Origin: Plasmodiophora brassicae
Taxonomy: Eukaryota
Length of the DNA stretch: 64,000 bases
Reading direction: 5' to 3'
Assembly (NCBI GenBank): GCA_036867785.1
Contig: CP145411.1
Location: forward strand, 992,001-1,056,000
Shown piece after piece: positions 1 through 12,947 of the stretch. How positions within the stretch are numbered: position 1 is the stretch's first letter; each line of letters opens with the position of its first letter. The notes under the pieces were generated by a model. The model was not told the DNA's origin and ran no database searches. It saw nothing but the letters and a program-made list of their open reading frames with translations. Made by a program: the position numbers and the translations under genes.

Positions 1-43
1 CTGCCCAGTACGGCAACCAACATAATTATCTCGTTTGTGGTGA

Positions 44-2439
44 ATGGACGAATGGGCGACGGTGAGGGACGTACGGCTGCAGTTAGAGCAGGTACGAAAG
101 GCGTGCGAGGCGCGCGGCAAACTCTTCGACGACTACTTCGAGTGCGTTCGCACCAGTTCGATACGACCGGATGGAACGCGACGGATGTCGAACGAAATCG
201 ACCCGAGCCTCACTGTCCCCCTGTTCGACGGGTTTAGCACGACGCCGACCGAGGCCGAACGCGCTCCGCTTCACGTTGCGCCACTCGTTGACACATCTGC
301 CACGCCTCATTATGAACGCCCGCCTTCGAATGACGATCTGGCCGCCAACAAAGACGATGACGCTGTCAAGGCTTGGCTTCGTGAGTACCTCGCCGAAAAG
401 GTTTACAAACGGCCTGTTGTCGTCTACGCTGGCGCTGTCGTCCGGGCACTAGACCAGGTATGTCTCACGCGTCCGTGCTAAGACGTCTGCGGCTAAACAC
501 GATCAGGTGTACAGCAATGGCGAGCAATTCGACTTTGCCCGGTTCCGAACAGCGAATCTTACGATCGGTCAGACACCGACCTCGTGGAAGCAGCGAGAGC
601 AGGACATCGCCCACTGGACGAGCAATGCCCACATGACGTACCGAATCGAACGTAGTTCATCGTCGGGCGCTCAACCGCCGGATCTACGTATCGTTCACGC
701 CCTGTTTCAGCAGCAGGGATTTGCACAGACAAGCGACCCGTCGTCCTGGCATTGCCTATGGCTGGCGCCGTCCGTCCGCCTTCGACTGAAACAGTACCGT
801 CAGCTAGTACCCGGGCAACGGGTGAACCGATTCCCGGGAGGCCATCTCCTGGCATCACGATGGCAATGGGTGCCGACGTCAACCCGGCTGGCTCAGGTCC
901 ACGGTGACAAGTACGCGCTCCTTCCAGCGATGTTTCGTCACCCGGAACAGGCCGACGCCATCCACCTCTACCGACAGCAGCACCTCGACCAGTACATGAC
1001 CGTCGAACTAGTCGACGATAACGGCGATGTTGTCGAAGGGACCGCATCGACCATCGTCCAGCCTGGACAACCGCTGCCGCGCCTCAAACGCACACAGCGC
1101 GCCGTCATCACACGCTACATCGATAAGCATAAGCTCGTGCTCGGAAGACGAATGGTTCGCTGGCAGCCAAGTGGATGCTGCCTTTGGTTGATGATATGTC
1201 CGATCAGGTGGAGATCGTGGCCATGGCGTCGGTGACGAGTTTCGACCCGTTGCGGGTCTGGTTGTACAACGAAGCGGTCGTCTATCTTCGGGCGCCGGTC
1301 CACATCCCCGCTTCCGGCGTCGACTATGGGTTCGCGTCCGCTGATCAGAAACCTCGAGTCTGGGGCCTTGATGACGATACGGACGTGGATCCGGTCCCTG
1401 ATGCTTCTGGACGCGTACACCGATCATGGACCTGGCTGCAAGGGTATACACTGTCTTCATCGTCGCAACGCTTTGCCTACTGATATTCGCGGTAAACAGT
1501 GTGCTACGGGAGGCAGGTCATGACCATGGTGCTGTTTGGCGTCGTATTCGGGAATCCGTTCTGCAGGCTGTCACTGGCATCCAGCCTGACGTCAAGCGTC
1601 TCATGCGGCTCTGCGTGCACGACCGTCAGACATGCTACGAAATGTTCCAGGTACAGACGCTATATTACTTCGTTTAGGGCGTTCTGACAAATCCCAACAG
1701 TTTAACTTCGTGCTCGACGACCGCGCCCGTCCATGGCTGGTGCGGGTCAGCGCGCCCGACCTGCGATGCATCTCGCCGATCCAGCTCGCGGTGTACTCAG
1801 GCGCCGTTGCCGACAGCCTCAACATGATCCGGATGCGTCCAGGGCAGCCGGTCGTACCTCGGACCAAATGGGTCACTCCGCCATCACGACCCAAACGCAT
1901 CAGCGCGGTGACAAGTGACCCATTGACACAACCAACAGTTGCTGATCAGAGTATGCCTTTCGCAGGCACTACGACGGCGTCGACGATCGCCATCTCCAAT
2001 CAAGAGGCATGCGAACATGGCAACGCCCAGCGACATGTTCGACGCGCAGGTGGAGACCCTGTCGCCGGAAGAGCGCGACCCGATGCTGCAGGAGATGAGG
2101 GACGCGATCCTGAAGGAGATCGACGAAGAGAATGACCGGCGTGGGCGCTTCGAGAGGCTCTTCCCGTGCACGGACGCGTCCAAGTACGCTGATATGCTCA
2201 GCGACCTCGATGGCACCCTACAGCAAGTTGTTCTGACACAGCTGTACTGGAAAACGACGAAGCAAGCGACACCTGATGCAGGAGGTGTTGCAGTGGATCG
2301 AGCAACCTGTACGACTCGTCGGTCGACAGCCAGGACAGCGATACCGAGACAGGACGCAAAACCGAAGGCCAGGGAGCAGCACAGAACGAGGACGCTGGAC
2401 GAAATCGTGTACGGGGCGGCTGACGCCGATGATGAATGA
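44..2439 (+). CDS. Tubulin-tyrosine ligase-like (TTLL4/5-like) protein, multi-exon, catalytic residues degenerate; 5' end uncertain
   Basis: Exons give QRVNRFPG, ITRYIDKHKLVLG, SVTSFDPLRVWLY, CYEMFQ/FNFVLDDRARPWLV and RRGRFERLFP, in the TTL-domain motif order. GT-AG introns at 458-506 and 1651-1700, among others. Confidence 0.75.
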
Positions 2440-2450
2440 AACGATGTACA

Positions 2451-3323
2451 TTACCGGCCGTGGCGCCATTCCGTCGAATCGATCAGCTCTTTGAGAACGT
2501 TCGAGATTATTCGGAAGCGGTCCGGCCCCAGCTTGACGCCGCCGAACCATCGCGAGACGACCCCGACAACATTGACGAGGTCCATTCGTTGAAGCAGGTA
2601 CAGCAGGCAGTCGCCGGCACCACCTTCGCCATCGTCGTCGCGGTTCTCCAGCAAAGACCCATCATGCAGCCGTAGGCGGTAGGCGACAATGTTATGAGTC
2701 GCCGTCTGCAACTTTGAGTCGTATCGCAGCGATCGCACGACCCAGTCGACTTGGGAACGGGTCGTCACTCTTGCAGCATGTGCAATGAACCGGGAACGAC
2801 GCTCGACGTGCACGGGACCGTGAACAACGTCCACGTGATCATCATCGTCAGTAGCGACAGACGCGTTGCAGATGGCGCCGTCACTGTTCATTTTGTTGTC
2901 GTCAGCAAACCCGGGTGCGTGTTCTCGTATCCATTCAACCCAGTCATGCAGGACGACCTGTCCGGGACACCACAACCGTCTAAGATCGGCGTCGATCTGT
3001 GCAGAAATGGTTCTGGTCAACGGTGTTGACATTGCTACGATCCTGGAAAACCAGGGTCAACGCGTTGAGCTCCTCAAGGGCGCTCGTCAGCTAGGTAGCA
3101 GACCTGTACGAAGGAGGTTCTACAGCCGGGTATAGACCTTCAGTGGACCAGAACTCGAGCGTCACCCGGTCCGTAATCCGAATCGCGTAACGGGACCCGC
3201 CCAGATCCGTGAACTCCTCACCTGCACCGCAAGTATCAAGCGGCCAGCGCAACGCCAGACGGGCAGCCTACCGTAGATTGCTTGCAGCGCCTCGAGCTCC
3301 TCCAGGAACGCCTCGGACGACAT
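2451..3323 (-). CDS. IMPACT: IMPACT/Yih1 family protein (RWD + UPF0029)
   Basis: N-terminal EELEALQAIYG (RWD); C-terminal RSRFIAH, ATHNIVAYR, DDDGEGGAG, VVSRWFGGVKLGPDRF. Confidence 0.92.
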
Positions 3324-3596
3324 GACCGTGCGCGGCGCAGTTTCGCCAGGTACCACGCGTCTGAAGGGACGCCGAGACTCGAAGCTACCCCCCATTCTGG
3401 ACTTTGGACTGCCATCATCAAGCAGCCGAATACAAAAGGCATTGCGGCTATCGCCGTAAGGTACCGTTGTTACACGCAACGTTACCTGCGTGTGCAGTTT
3501 GATGACGGCTTGGGACGGGGATGGTCGCAGGCAGCACGCGCTGAGTGGTCGGGGAATGCACGTCACAAAGTGGTGTGCATCGGGCGCGGCGGCGAG

Positions 3597-6500
3597 ATGG
3601 CGGCGATATGGGTCGCCCTGGTCGTCGCCGTCGCCTGCTGCTCGCAGAGTGGGGCGCAGTCGCCGTTTACGTATCAGACGGCGTGCCCGTCGGCGTCAAC
3701 CACGTTCGACAGCACGTCGTTGCAGTGTCTAGCGTGTCCGTCGCCGACGATACCCAAGCGCGCGTCCACGGCACGTGGCGATAGCGGATGCCAGTGCGGA
3801 ACGGGATACGCCCGTGCGTCCGATCAGGACCTCCCCCTCACTTGCACCGATTGCGTCAGCAAAGGCCTTGTACGTCACCATTTTGGTGATCTGCCGTCCA
3901 GCAACACTGACCAGTACGGCAGGCGTCGACTCGAGACGGCGAGTACTGCATAACTTGTGGGGCGAACTCTACGTTCAGTGCAACGGCGCGAGACTGTGTA
4001 TGCACGCAGCCGGGATACGTCCTAGGTACGCTGAGTGGCGTACCGCACCTGCCCCGTCTAATACGTTTGCGCCATGCGCGCCGTAGTTGATTACAATGTC
4101 GCCGGGCGTCTTCTCCCTGCCAAACTCTGCGTTCAGTGTCCTGGGCTGACACCGAAGGCGTCGTCCGCGGATCCCTATTCGTGCCTGACGTGCCCGCATC
4201 CGTCAATGACTATCGATCCGGTCACGTCCCAGTGCGTTTGTGGGTCCGGATACGTTGCGGTTCGGATACTTGCTGTGCGATACCCGTCGACTATGCTGAT
4301 GGGCAACGCTGCAGGCGGGTTCGACATGCATTCTGCAGTCGTTGCAGACGCGCATTGTGGCACAATGGCCAACTAGCACAGCGGCCACCGTCCAGTTCCG
4401 CGACATCTCCGACTACGATAAGGGCCCGATCCTGGCCCCACTGCGACAGACTTCAGCCGTCATCAGCGACCAGTTCCTCTGGGCCGCTGCCGAATGCCAG
4501 GTCTCGCTGTGTCGAGCATCATAAGGGGTCCTTCTGGCTGATTGCGTTCTGACACGTAGTCTACAATCTCGGCGCGGCCGTGCCAGGTACTTCTGAATCT
4601 ATGTGTTCTGGCCCTGTACGACCCGAACAGCGCTCCATGCGCCGCTTTCAGCTCTATCTCTGCCGGGATCACGTCGACAACTAACGACTTCCCATCTTGG
4701 AAGGCTGGACTCCCCCAAGATGACTTTACAGACACAAGGTGACCGAGTCACGGCCGAAGCCACAATGCAATCATTGAGCAGTTGCTTCTAGTGTGCTGAC
4801 AGCAACGACGTTATCGTCACAAGTGTCATTGTCATCTGTACTCGGTTACGTCCTGGTTGCGTTCAACCTCAATGGAACGATCCAGTCAGTCAGGCCGCTG
4901 TCATCGCAGCTTCAGCTCTGCGACGTGTCACCTTCGCAATCGACTCGTTTCGCCATGTTCGGCATCGAGTACGTCAACGAGTGCGCCATCTCGCTCACCG
5001 AACTCATCAGCTCCGATGCTGGCCTTTTCTACGACCTGTACTACGTCGACAAAGGAGGTTCGCACGAACATGAGGAGAATCCCGCGTCTACTGAGAATGG
5101 AGCCTAAACAACGTATTCGTAGGGGCAATTTACCCTGTTCCCGTTAAAATCCTGAACTATCGGGACGCGTCCGGTAACCTCGTCAACATGGACAGCGCTA
5201 CGCGAACAGAGATCACATCCGCCAGCAAGGACTACCATCTTGTTCGTCGCTTCATGGTCAAGGACAATCTCAGCGGCCGAAACAGCCAGGTCGCCTCGGT
5301 CCCGAGTGTCATCCGATACGCCCAGGACGTCCAGCTCAGGTACCCCGTCACCATCACCTACCCGAATGGTGCCGCGCGGAACTCATCACCGTGACAGAGT
5401 CACCATGCGCTCAGGGTCGACAACGAACATATACCCGCCGCTTCTCGTCATTCTCTATGCTGAACGTACCCAGTCCGCTATCGGTCAGTCTGGCAGTGTG
5501 GGCTATCCGGCCATTTCGTGACTGGATATTTCCAGTTGGCACGCCAGGCTCGGCGACCGCGACTGTAAAGTTCCAGGGCGAATACGACATGTCTCTAGCA
5601 TCCCTTTGGGTAGCGGCCACGGTGCTGTTCGTCTTGGCCATGATCCTGATCGGCGGACTATGGTTACTGGATCTGTGGCGCATGTCGCTCAACTATAATG
5701 CCGAGCGAATTGATACGAAGGTATGCCAGAGGTGGGCCACAGGATCGTATGCATCGGTCTCTGAGTCGCCGATGCTCTAGTTTATGGTCGACGCATGCTT
5801 CTCGCTGATCGGCACCGCCTGCAACGTTCTGTTCTGGTTGACCTTTATTTTATGCGCCTACCTGTTCATCTTCTTCAAGATGCAGACGATTGCCTTCATT
5901 CTTTTGCCGTTGTCGGGCGGCGCCGAGGATAACGCATTCATTGCAACGATGGTCACCGTCTTTGTCGGCAAGTTCGTCGTCATGGTTCGCAGAATTTGGC
6001 GCCAGATCAACGTCGACATCTTCCTGCTCGACTGGGAGAAACCACGTGACCATACCGACGACAAGTTGGGCGCGAGCGTGTCCGTCTGGAGGAAACTGTT
6101 CGTTGCCAACGAATGGAACGAATTGCAGTCCTATCGCAATATCAGCATCGAATTAGTGCTCCTCGCCATGCTCTTCTTCTTATCCGGTATCAATCTCCTG
6201 AACCTGGCGGCCGCCCAGGTACGTTGTTGATTTTTCCATGTCGTCCATCACGATAACTGGAATGCATTTCGTCAGCCTTCCATGGACACAACGCCGGGTG
6301 ACGCCCCGTTGAATATGCTGCTGCGGTTCGCCATCACAGCGTTCTTCTTCCTGATCCTGTCCTGTGTTCAGCTGATCTACCGACAGCTGATTCATCATCG
6401 GTTCATCGAGCACCGTCCCAGCCAGTTCATCGACTTCATGACCATGGCAAACATCAGGTCTGCTTCATTAATGTTGCCGCGACGGCAAGCACAGCGTTAC

Positions 6501-7315
6501 TGAACGTTCATCAGCGCGTTCATTCTCGACGATGAACTGCATGGGTACTATATTCACGGACGGGCGCTCCATGCGTTCGCCGACGCCAATATGGAAGAGA
6601 TAACACATCAACTCCACATGGAACGGGTAACGCGGCACACCGCGACCTTCCCGTCTGGAGCGCTAACGGCGTGGCCAGATGGAGATGGTGAAGAAGAGAG
6701 GGCTCATCAACGGTAAAGACACGTTTGAAGTATTCATCACTGCCGATTTCAAACTGCACTACCTGTCGCTGTTCAAGGAGGTCCACTTCCGTCGACCGGG
6801 GCGGCGACCCGTTCCGCGCGGAACGAATGCCCTGGGGAGCAACGACGTGTCTGTCGATGTTTCCGCCCATTTGGCCGCTGCGAACGCCAAACTCAACCGG
6901 TTTCTTCACAACTTCATTGACAAGAATTCGACCACATACACTTGGCAGGAGGCGGAACGCACGTTCCTGGAAAGGTTGTTCCGCGTCCCGCCCGCAACAC
7001 GACAGGCCAAGGCATCATTGTTCTACGACGGTACGTCAAGTGTCATCAGTCGCTACTGTTAGCCCCTTCCTGACTGGAAATGCTGGGTCAGATCCAAACT
7101 ATACCTTCACGTCGGCCTTTCTGATGGGTATAGAATACGAGATTGTCACGTTCCTAATCTCGTTGTTCGCCGTCTGCGATCTGGCTTTCAACAACCTATA
7201 CGTTTCCGTCTTTGTCGTGTTCGTCGCCAACCGCCTAATGAGCGTCGCTCGTGAACATTGGGGCCAGATCAACATCTCTAAGAAGACTCTTGTTGACGAA
7301 CGCTTCCTCATATAA
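3597..7315 (+). CDS. TMEM67: Meckelin, ciliary transition-zone protein, multi-exon
   Basis: Signal peptide and Cys-rich N-terminus; DIFLLDWEKP, VSVWRKLFVANEWNELQ, GYYIHGR; C-terminal NISKKTLVDERFLI. Confidence 0.92.
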
Positions 7316-7681
7316 ACTCTTTCCAATGGTTTAACGAGGGTGCTATGTGGCGTTGAACGCGCGATGTATGGCAACACCAAATCGCAGGAAAGCAAGCCTA
7401 TGCCGACTGTTCCGTTTCGCTCGTGCCGGTGGTAGGGTAAGTGACGCAAAACGGCATGCGGCTTGCGGTATACCCGAGCGAGCGGCGACGGCTCCTGGAT
7501 GCGCCTCTGTCCGGATCAGGGTGGCACCCACGTCTTGGCATCTCCTCATAGCTATTGTTGGCGATTGACTCGCTGGACGTGGACCGGCGACTCTGCCAGT
7601 GAAACGGCCCGGTGGTTTGATGGTCCGCTGTCCGCCGCTGCGGCGTGCGGGCTGTCCTGTACTCCGTGGCAGCAGCCGAAC

Positions 7682-10200
7682 ATGACGCGACCGGTGTCGC
7701 CTGGGCAGCGTCAGTCTGCAGCGAGTACGCCAGCGCCTTCTCCAGGTACCGGTTGCGCTGGTTGCGCTGCGTGGGCCAGCAGCTGACTGGCTGGGTAGTT
7801 GTGATCTACTGGGCGAAGTCGCCGCCGTTGTCCATCTTGGGGATCTGCGCGGTGGCACCGGCGGTCACGTCGCATGTGAAGATTGTCCCGCGTGCAACCA
7901 CTGACCGGACACCAACGACGACCTGCCTGTCGTCCGGCGTGAAACTCAATGGTGAGAGTCTTGCAGTGCGCCTGCTGGCGAGGTTCGCCGATCGCCATGC
8001 CGGTACCATGCTGTACGGGGGCAGCCTCTCTGATGCTACCGAAATCGATTACTTTGTCGACATCGCCTACCATTCCAACATTACGTATTTCTCCGTTTGC
8101 GAATGGCGGAACCACACTGATGCGTTGTGGACAGTGAGAAGCTCGGCGAGCTCGACAACCATCTTCGTCTGCGGACGTTCTTGGTTGGGCACACCCTGTC
8201 CCTGGCTGACATCGTCGTTTGGGATGCTCTTGTCGGTCTCGAAAACGCGACTCTTGGCCCTCATCTGTCCCGATGGCTGTCTCACGTCAAGTCGCTTCCC
8301 GCCATCGCATCGTCCTACGTGAAAGCGCGCCCGAAGGCTGACCCCGCACCGGCCGTGTCGACGCCCGCAGGTGGGAACATGATCGTGCTTGACCCGAAGT
8401 GGATGGGGCGTGTTGTGACGCGGTTCCCGCCCGAACCGTCTGGGTACTTGCACATTGGTCACGCCAAAGCTGCCCTTCTCAACTACGAACTTGCAACGAG
8501 GTACAAAGGGCGCCTGATCGTTCGATTCGACGACACGAATCCGGCGAAGGAGAAGCAGGAGTTTGTTGATGCCATCTTGGAAGACCTGAAGACGCTGGGC
8601 GTGAAGCACACCCCACCAGTGACGTACAGTTCCGACCACTTCGAGTACCTAGAGGACAGCTGCACCGACATGATCAAGGCTGGCCTTGCCTATGTTGATT
8701 TCACCGATATTGCAGAGATGCGCGAACAGCGTGCCAAAGGCGTTGAGGGTGCTTGCCGCAACCAGACCATTGAGGAGAACTTGGGGCTCTGGGACGAGAT
8801 GAGGCGCGGCACGCCCTTGGGCCAGAAATGCGTCGTTCGAGCGAAGATCGCAATGAACCACCGGAACACGTCGATGCGAGACCCGGCAATGTACCGGTGC
8901 AACCTGACACCTCACCACCGTACGGGTTCAAAGTTCAAGGTCTACCCTACGTATGACTTCACGTGCCCTCTTATCGACAGTCTGGAGGTATGCCACTTGC
9001 CGTCGCATTGGCATCATTGGCTGACGTGTCTGAACGTGCAGGGCGTAACGCACGCGCTTCGTACGATCGAGTACCGGGATCGTAACGAGCAGTACGAATG
9101 GTTCTGCAATGCGCTGTCGCTGCGGCAGCCGGTTGTCATCGACTTTGCTCGCATGAACCTTGTCTACACGGTCCTGTCCAAACGTAAACTGCAGCGCCTG
9201 GTTGACACTGGGATCGTAACCGGCTGGGACGATCCTAGGTTCCCGACTGTAGAACCATTTCGCATGGCGCGTTCCTAAGTCCCACATCTGATCGATATAC
9301 TACCACAGGTGCGCGGAATGGTCAGGCATGGCCTGCAAGTTGCCGCGCTGCACGATTTCGTTATCGACCAGGGGGCGTCCAAAGCCACGTAAGCGCCGGG
9401 TACTGATCCGATGTCATCGAGCTGAGAGTTCCGCTCTTCGCAGGGCGTTCATGGAGTGGGACAAGATATGGAACCTGAACAAGAAAATCATCGATCCTGT
9501 GGCGTTCCGCTACACATGTGTTTCGGCACGGGACCCGGTTCCGTTTTACCTCGAGAACGGCCCCGAGGTGTGTTGTCTGTATCGCGTGGCCGTCCGTTCG
9601 TAAACGAAACCGTCTGTCCAGGATAGCGACGCCAAGATCACTGTACGATACGTTCCTAAAGACGCGAGCAAAGGGGAGAAGCCCGTGCCGCTGTCGAAGG
9701 TCGTCCTCCTCGAGCAAGAAGATGCAATGGCTATCGAGCCGAATGAGGAAGTCACGTTAATTGGATGGGGCAATGCCATTGCGAGCCGCGCCGAGAAGAA
9801 CGCTGCTGGGGTCGTTGTTGGCATTCACGGCCGCCTGAACCTCGATGGCAACGTTAAGACGACGAAGAAGAAGCTCACCTGGGTCGCATCACGCGATCGC
9901 GCAAGCCACGTGCCGCTGACACTTGTTGAACTTGGGTACCTGATTACCACGCCCAAGCTAGAGAACGACCTCACCGAAGAACAGTTCGACGGCGTCTTGA
10001 ACCGCAAGTCATGGATGGAAACGCAGGCGCTGGGCGAAGTCACCATGCGTGGCGTGGTTCGTGGCCAGACCATCCAACTGACGCGGCGAGGGTTCTACAT
10101 CTGCGATCGCGACCTTTCGTCGGGGTCATCGCTTGTGCTCATCTACATCCCAGATGGTCGCGTTGGTCCCGCGTCCACGCTGTCCCGACAGGTTCAGTGA
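7682..10200 (+). CDS. Cytosolic glutamyl-tRNA synthetase with N-terminal GST-like domain
   Basis: TRFPPEPSGYLHIGHAKA (HIGH), RFDDTNP, YPTYDF, THALRT, LSKRKL, WDDPRFPT. The start at 7682 is inferred from an in-frame intron at 7746-7798. Confidence 0.93.
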
Positions 10201-10446
10201 ACCTGTCCCATCCGATGTGTCCCGAATACATTGCCACAACACATTGACAGCCTGCCACACTGTGGGATCGGCGCGTCACTCGTACGGCCACTTCCTCAGG
10301 TCCACCGATCCGAGCCCAGCGCCTCGAGGACCGGGATTTGCGGGCCGGCCAGTGGCAGCCTTCAGCGGGTTCGATTGTCTGACCAGTGTCCAGTGCGCGC
10401 ACGGCGCAGAAATAGACCCCGAGGCCCGAGCCGTGGCTGCATCAGC

Positions 10447-11844
10447 ATGGCGATGGCGTTCGTCGTGTTCGGTGCCGCTACGGCGGCCTGCTGCCTGGCG
10501 GTGGGTCCGTTGCAGACCTCCGCAGGCGTCGATCACCTGGAGATTCCGCTCGGCGATCTGAACGACATCGGTCAGCACGTCCGACCTGACCACCACGTTG
10601 CGCTGAATCCGCCGGCTGCGACGATTTCGTACGCCCCGTTTCGGGGCACCTTTACGCAGCTGTGGAGCAGCCACGTTCGCCCAGCATCGGAGCATATGGT
10701 TTCACAGCCTCAACACCCTCTGCAAATGCCCATGCTTCAACACGTGCCACAATTCCCGATGCTATCTGGAATGGCCACTATGCGGACTGCATCCGACCCC
10801 ACTGGCCAAGGCTCGTTTGCACCTGTCCCTGAGCGTCCCGGTTCTTCAACACTCGATAATGTCTTGCCTTTCTTTGCTGTTCTACCGCAACCAAGTCACT
10901 CGCGAAACCCAGATACTTTTCATGTTCCTAGTTCGGCGACGAGCATGCCGTCAAACACTATTGTCAGTCATGAGGCTCGTGCCCTTGTCTATGTGCCTGT
11001 TGTGGCGCGTACGTTGCTCGCCATCGGAGACAAGATCGGTTCAGGGACATATGGGAGCGTCCGGAGGGGAACCCGAAGCCTATGCATCCACAGTATCCAT
11101 GGAGTATGCCTTCAGCAGAATGACCCCGTCGATGTCGCCATCAAGAGACAACCGAAAGATGACTCTGGCACTTCTCGCTTAGTACACGAAGTGGAGGTTT
11201 TGAAGACGTTGATGAGCAGGCTGCCCCATCCAAACGTTATCGAGATCCTCGATGAGTTTTTCGTTAACGACGTTCACTGGACCGTCATGCAATACATTGA
11301 CGGTAGATCCTTGTATGATCACGTCAACCAGCTTTGCGCCGGGATGCCCGAGTCAGACGCTCGGGCCATCTGGGCTCGGGTTCTCGACGGCCTGGGTTTC
11401 CTGCACTCTCAAAACATTTATCACTCGGACTTGAATCCAAAGAACATTGTTCTGGACGCGAACGGCTGCCCCAAGATCATCGATTTCAGCCTCAGCAAGG
11501 TCTCGAGATCTGGCCTCGTAGTCAGCCGCTGTACGGAGCCATTTGAGGCGCCGGAAGCTGGGTGGGACGTTCAACCGTACCGGGGCGACAAGGCCGATAT
11601 CTGGTCCGCCGGCGCCATTCTCTTCTGGATGATCTTCTTTCAACACGCCCAGCCATTTCCAGCCGGCCTGACATACGACATCTGGAAAACCGTCTGTCGC
11701 AACTATCCTGTGCGGTTCCCAGCCTCTCCAGATACAACGAAACAGGTCCGCAACCTCCTCAGCTCGGTACTCGATATCGACCCCGACGCCCGTCCCGGTA
11801 CAGCGGAGATTGGTAGGCAGACGTGGATGACAATGCCACTGTAA
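10447..11844 (+). CDS. Ser/Thr protein kinase-like protein with putative signal peptide; intronless, atypical motifs
   Basis: GSGTYGSV, VAIK, HEVEVL, HSDLNPKN, DFS, APE, DIWSAG; hydrophobic N-terminus MAMAFVVFGAATAACCLAVG. Confidence 0.85.
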   Translation: MAMAFVVFGAATAACCLAVGPLQTSAGVDHLEIPLGDLNDIGQHVRPDHHVALNPPAATISYAPFRGTFTQLWSSHVRPASEHMVSQPQHPLQMPMLQHVPQFPMLSGMATMRTASDPTGQGSFAPVPERPGSSTLDNVLPFFAVLPQPSHSRNPDTFHVPSSATSMPSNTIVSHEARALVYVPVVARTLLAIGDKIGSGTYGSVRRGTRSLCIHSIHGVCLQQNDPVDVAIKRQPKDDSGTSRLVHEVEVLKTLMSRLPHPNVIEILDEFFVNDVHWTVMQYIDGRSLYDHVNQLCAGMPESDARAIWARVLDGLGFLHSQNIYHSDLNPKNIVLDANGCPKIIDFSLSKVSRSGLVVSRCTEPFEAPEAGWDVQPYRGDKADIWSAGAILFWMIFFQHAQPFPAGLTYDIWKTVCRNYPVRFPASPDTTKQVRNLLSSVLDIDPDARPGTAEIGRQTWMTMPL

Positions 11845-12006
11845 GCATGTACCCTTCTTGACAGAAACGTTTGCAATACATATATGCGTCTGCGTTTCCT
11901 TGACACAGTTCCCCTCTGTGGCTGCTACTGCTGCTGTCGCTGCTCAACCAACAGGCGCCCCCATAGTCGGTTGGGTCCATCCAACGCACTCCGAGGCTGC
12001 AATCTG

Positions 12007-12744
12007 ATGCCGGCGAACGTCGTGGTCAGCGGGGCGGCACGCGGCATCGGCCTCGAGCTCGTGCGCCTGTACCTAAATGGCGGGGCGCGCGTCTGGGCGC
12101 TCTGCCGATCCGCATCGGACGGGTTGTTGAAGCTGGCCGGCCAGTTTGGCCAGGCGCGCTTGCAGATCGTCCCCGGGATCGATGTCAGGACCTGCTGTGA
12201 CATCCGATTGGAGGATTGCCCGTCGATTGACATCTTGAGTACGTTGTACAACGCACAAGCAGCAGATGTATCCCATTCCTAACGGACCATTTCAGTTAAT
12301 AATGCGGGAATCCTTCGAGAAGGGGACCGTGATTTCATGACGATGAATCTGGACGCGATCCTGGAGCAGATCGACGTGAACGCCTTGGGATGGGTTCGAG
12401 TTACGCGGGCCTTGTTGCCGATCGTGTCGCCCAGGGGGAAGATCATGAACATCACATCGCGCATGGGGTCCATCGCCGACAACACGTCCGGTGGGTACTA
12501 CGGGTACCGCGCGTCGAAAGCGGCCATGAACGCGTTGACAGTATCGCTGGCGCTGGAACTCAAACCAAAGGGCATCTGCGTCGGCCTGCTTCACCCTGGC
12601 TACGTCCAGACCGACATGACGGGCGGCCAGGGGTTCGTCTCTGCAGCCGAATCCGCGTCTATGCTCGCCAAGCGCATCGACGAGTACAGCATATCGTCGG
12701 CGGGTACGTTCATGCACGCCAACGGCGAGGAGCTTCCGTGGTGA
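12007..12744 (+). CDS. Short-chain dehydrogenase/reductase, C-factor (CsgA)-like
   Basis: SGAARGIG; intron 12239-12295 restores IDILINNAGI; SRMGSI, YRASKAAMN (YxxxK), LHPGYVQTDMTG, GEELPW. Confidence 0.92.
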
Positions 12745-12947
12745 AACGTCTGCCTGAAACGCTGGCATTCATAACAAACGAACGCGCTGGCAGTTGCTGT
12801 TTCCCAGTTGACTCATGGTGGCGACACACGTGTGCGTTCTGGCACTGAAGTACCGGCTCATGTAGGGCGTCACGCGTGACGTAAGTGGCGTTGCCATTCC
12901 TGTACTGAGAGGTATCTGCGTGCTCATAGTCCATCGTTTGTCCTAAG

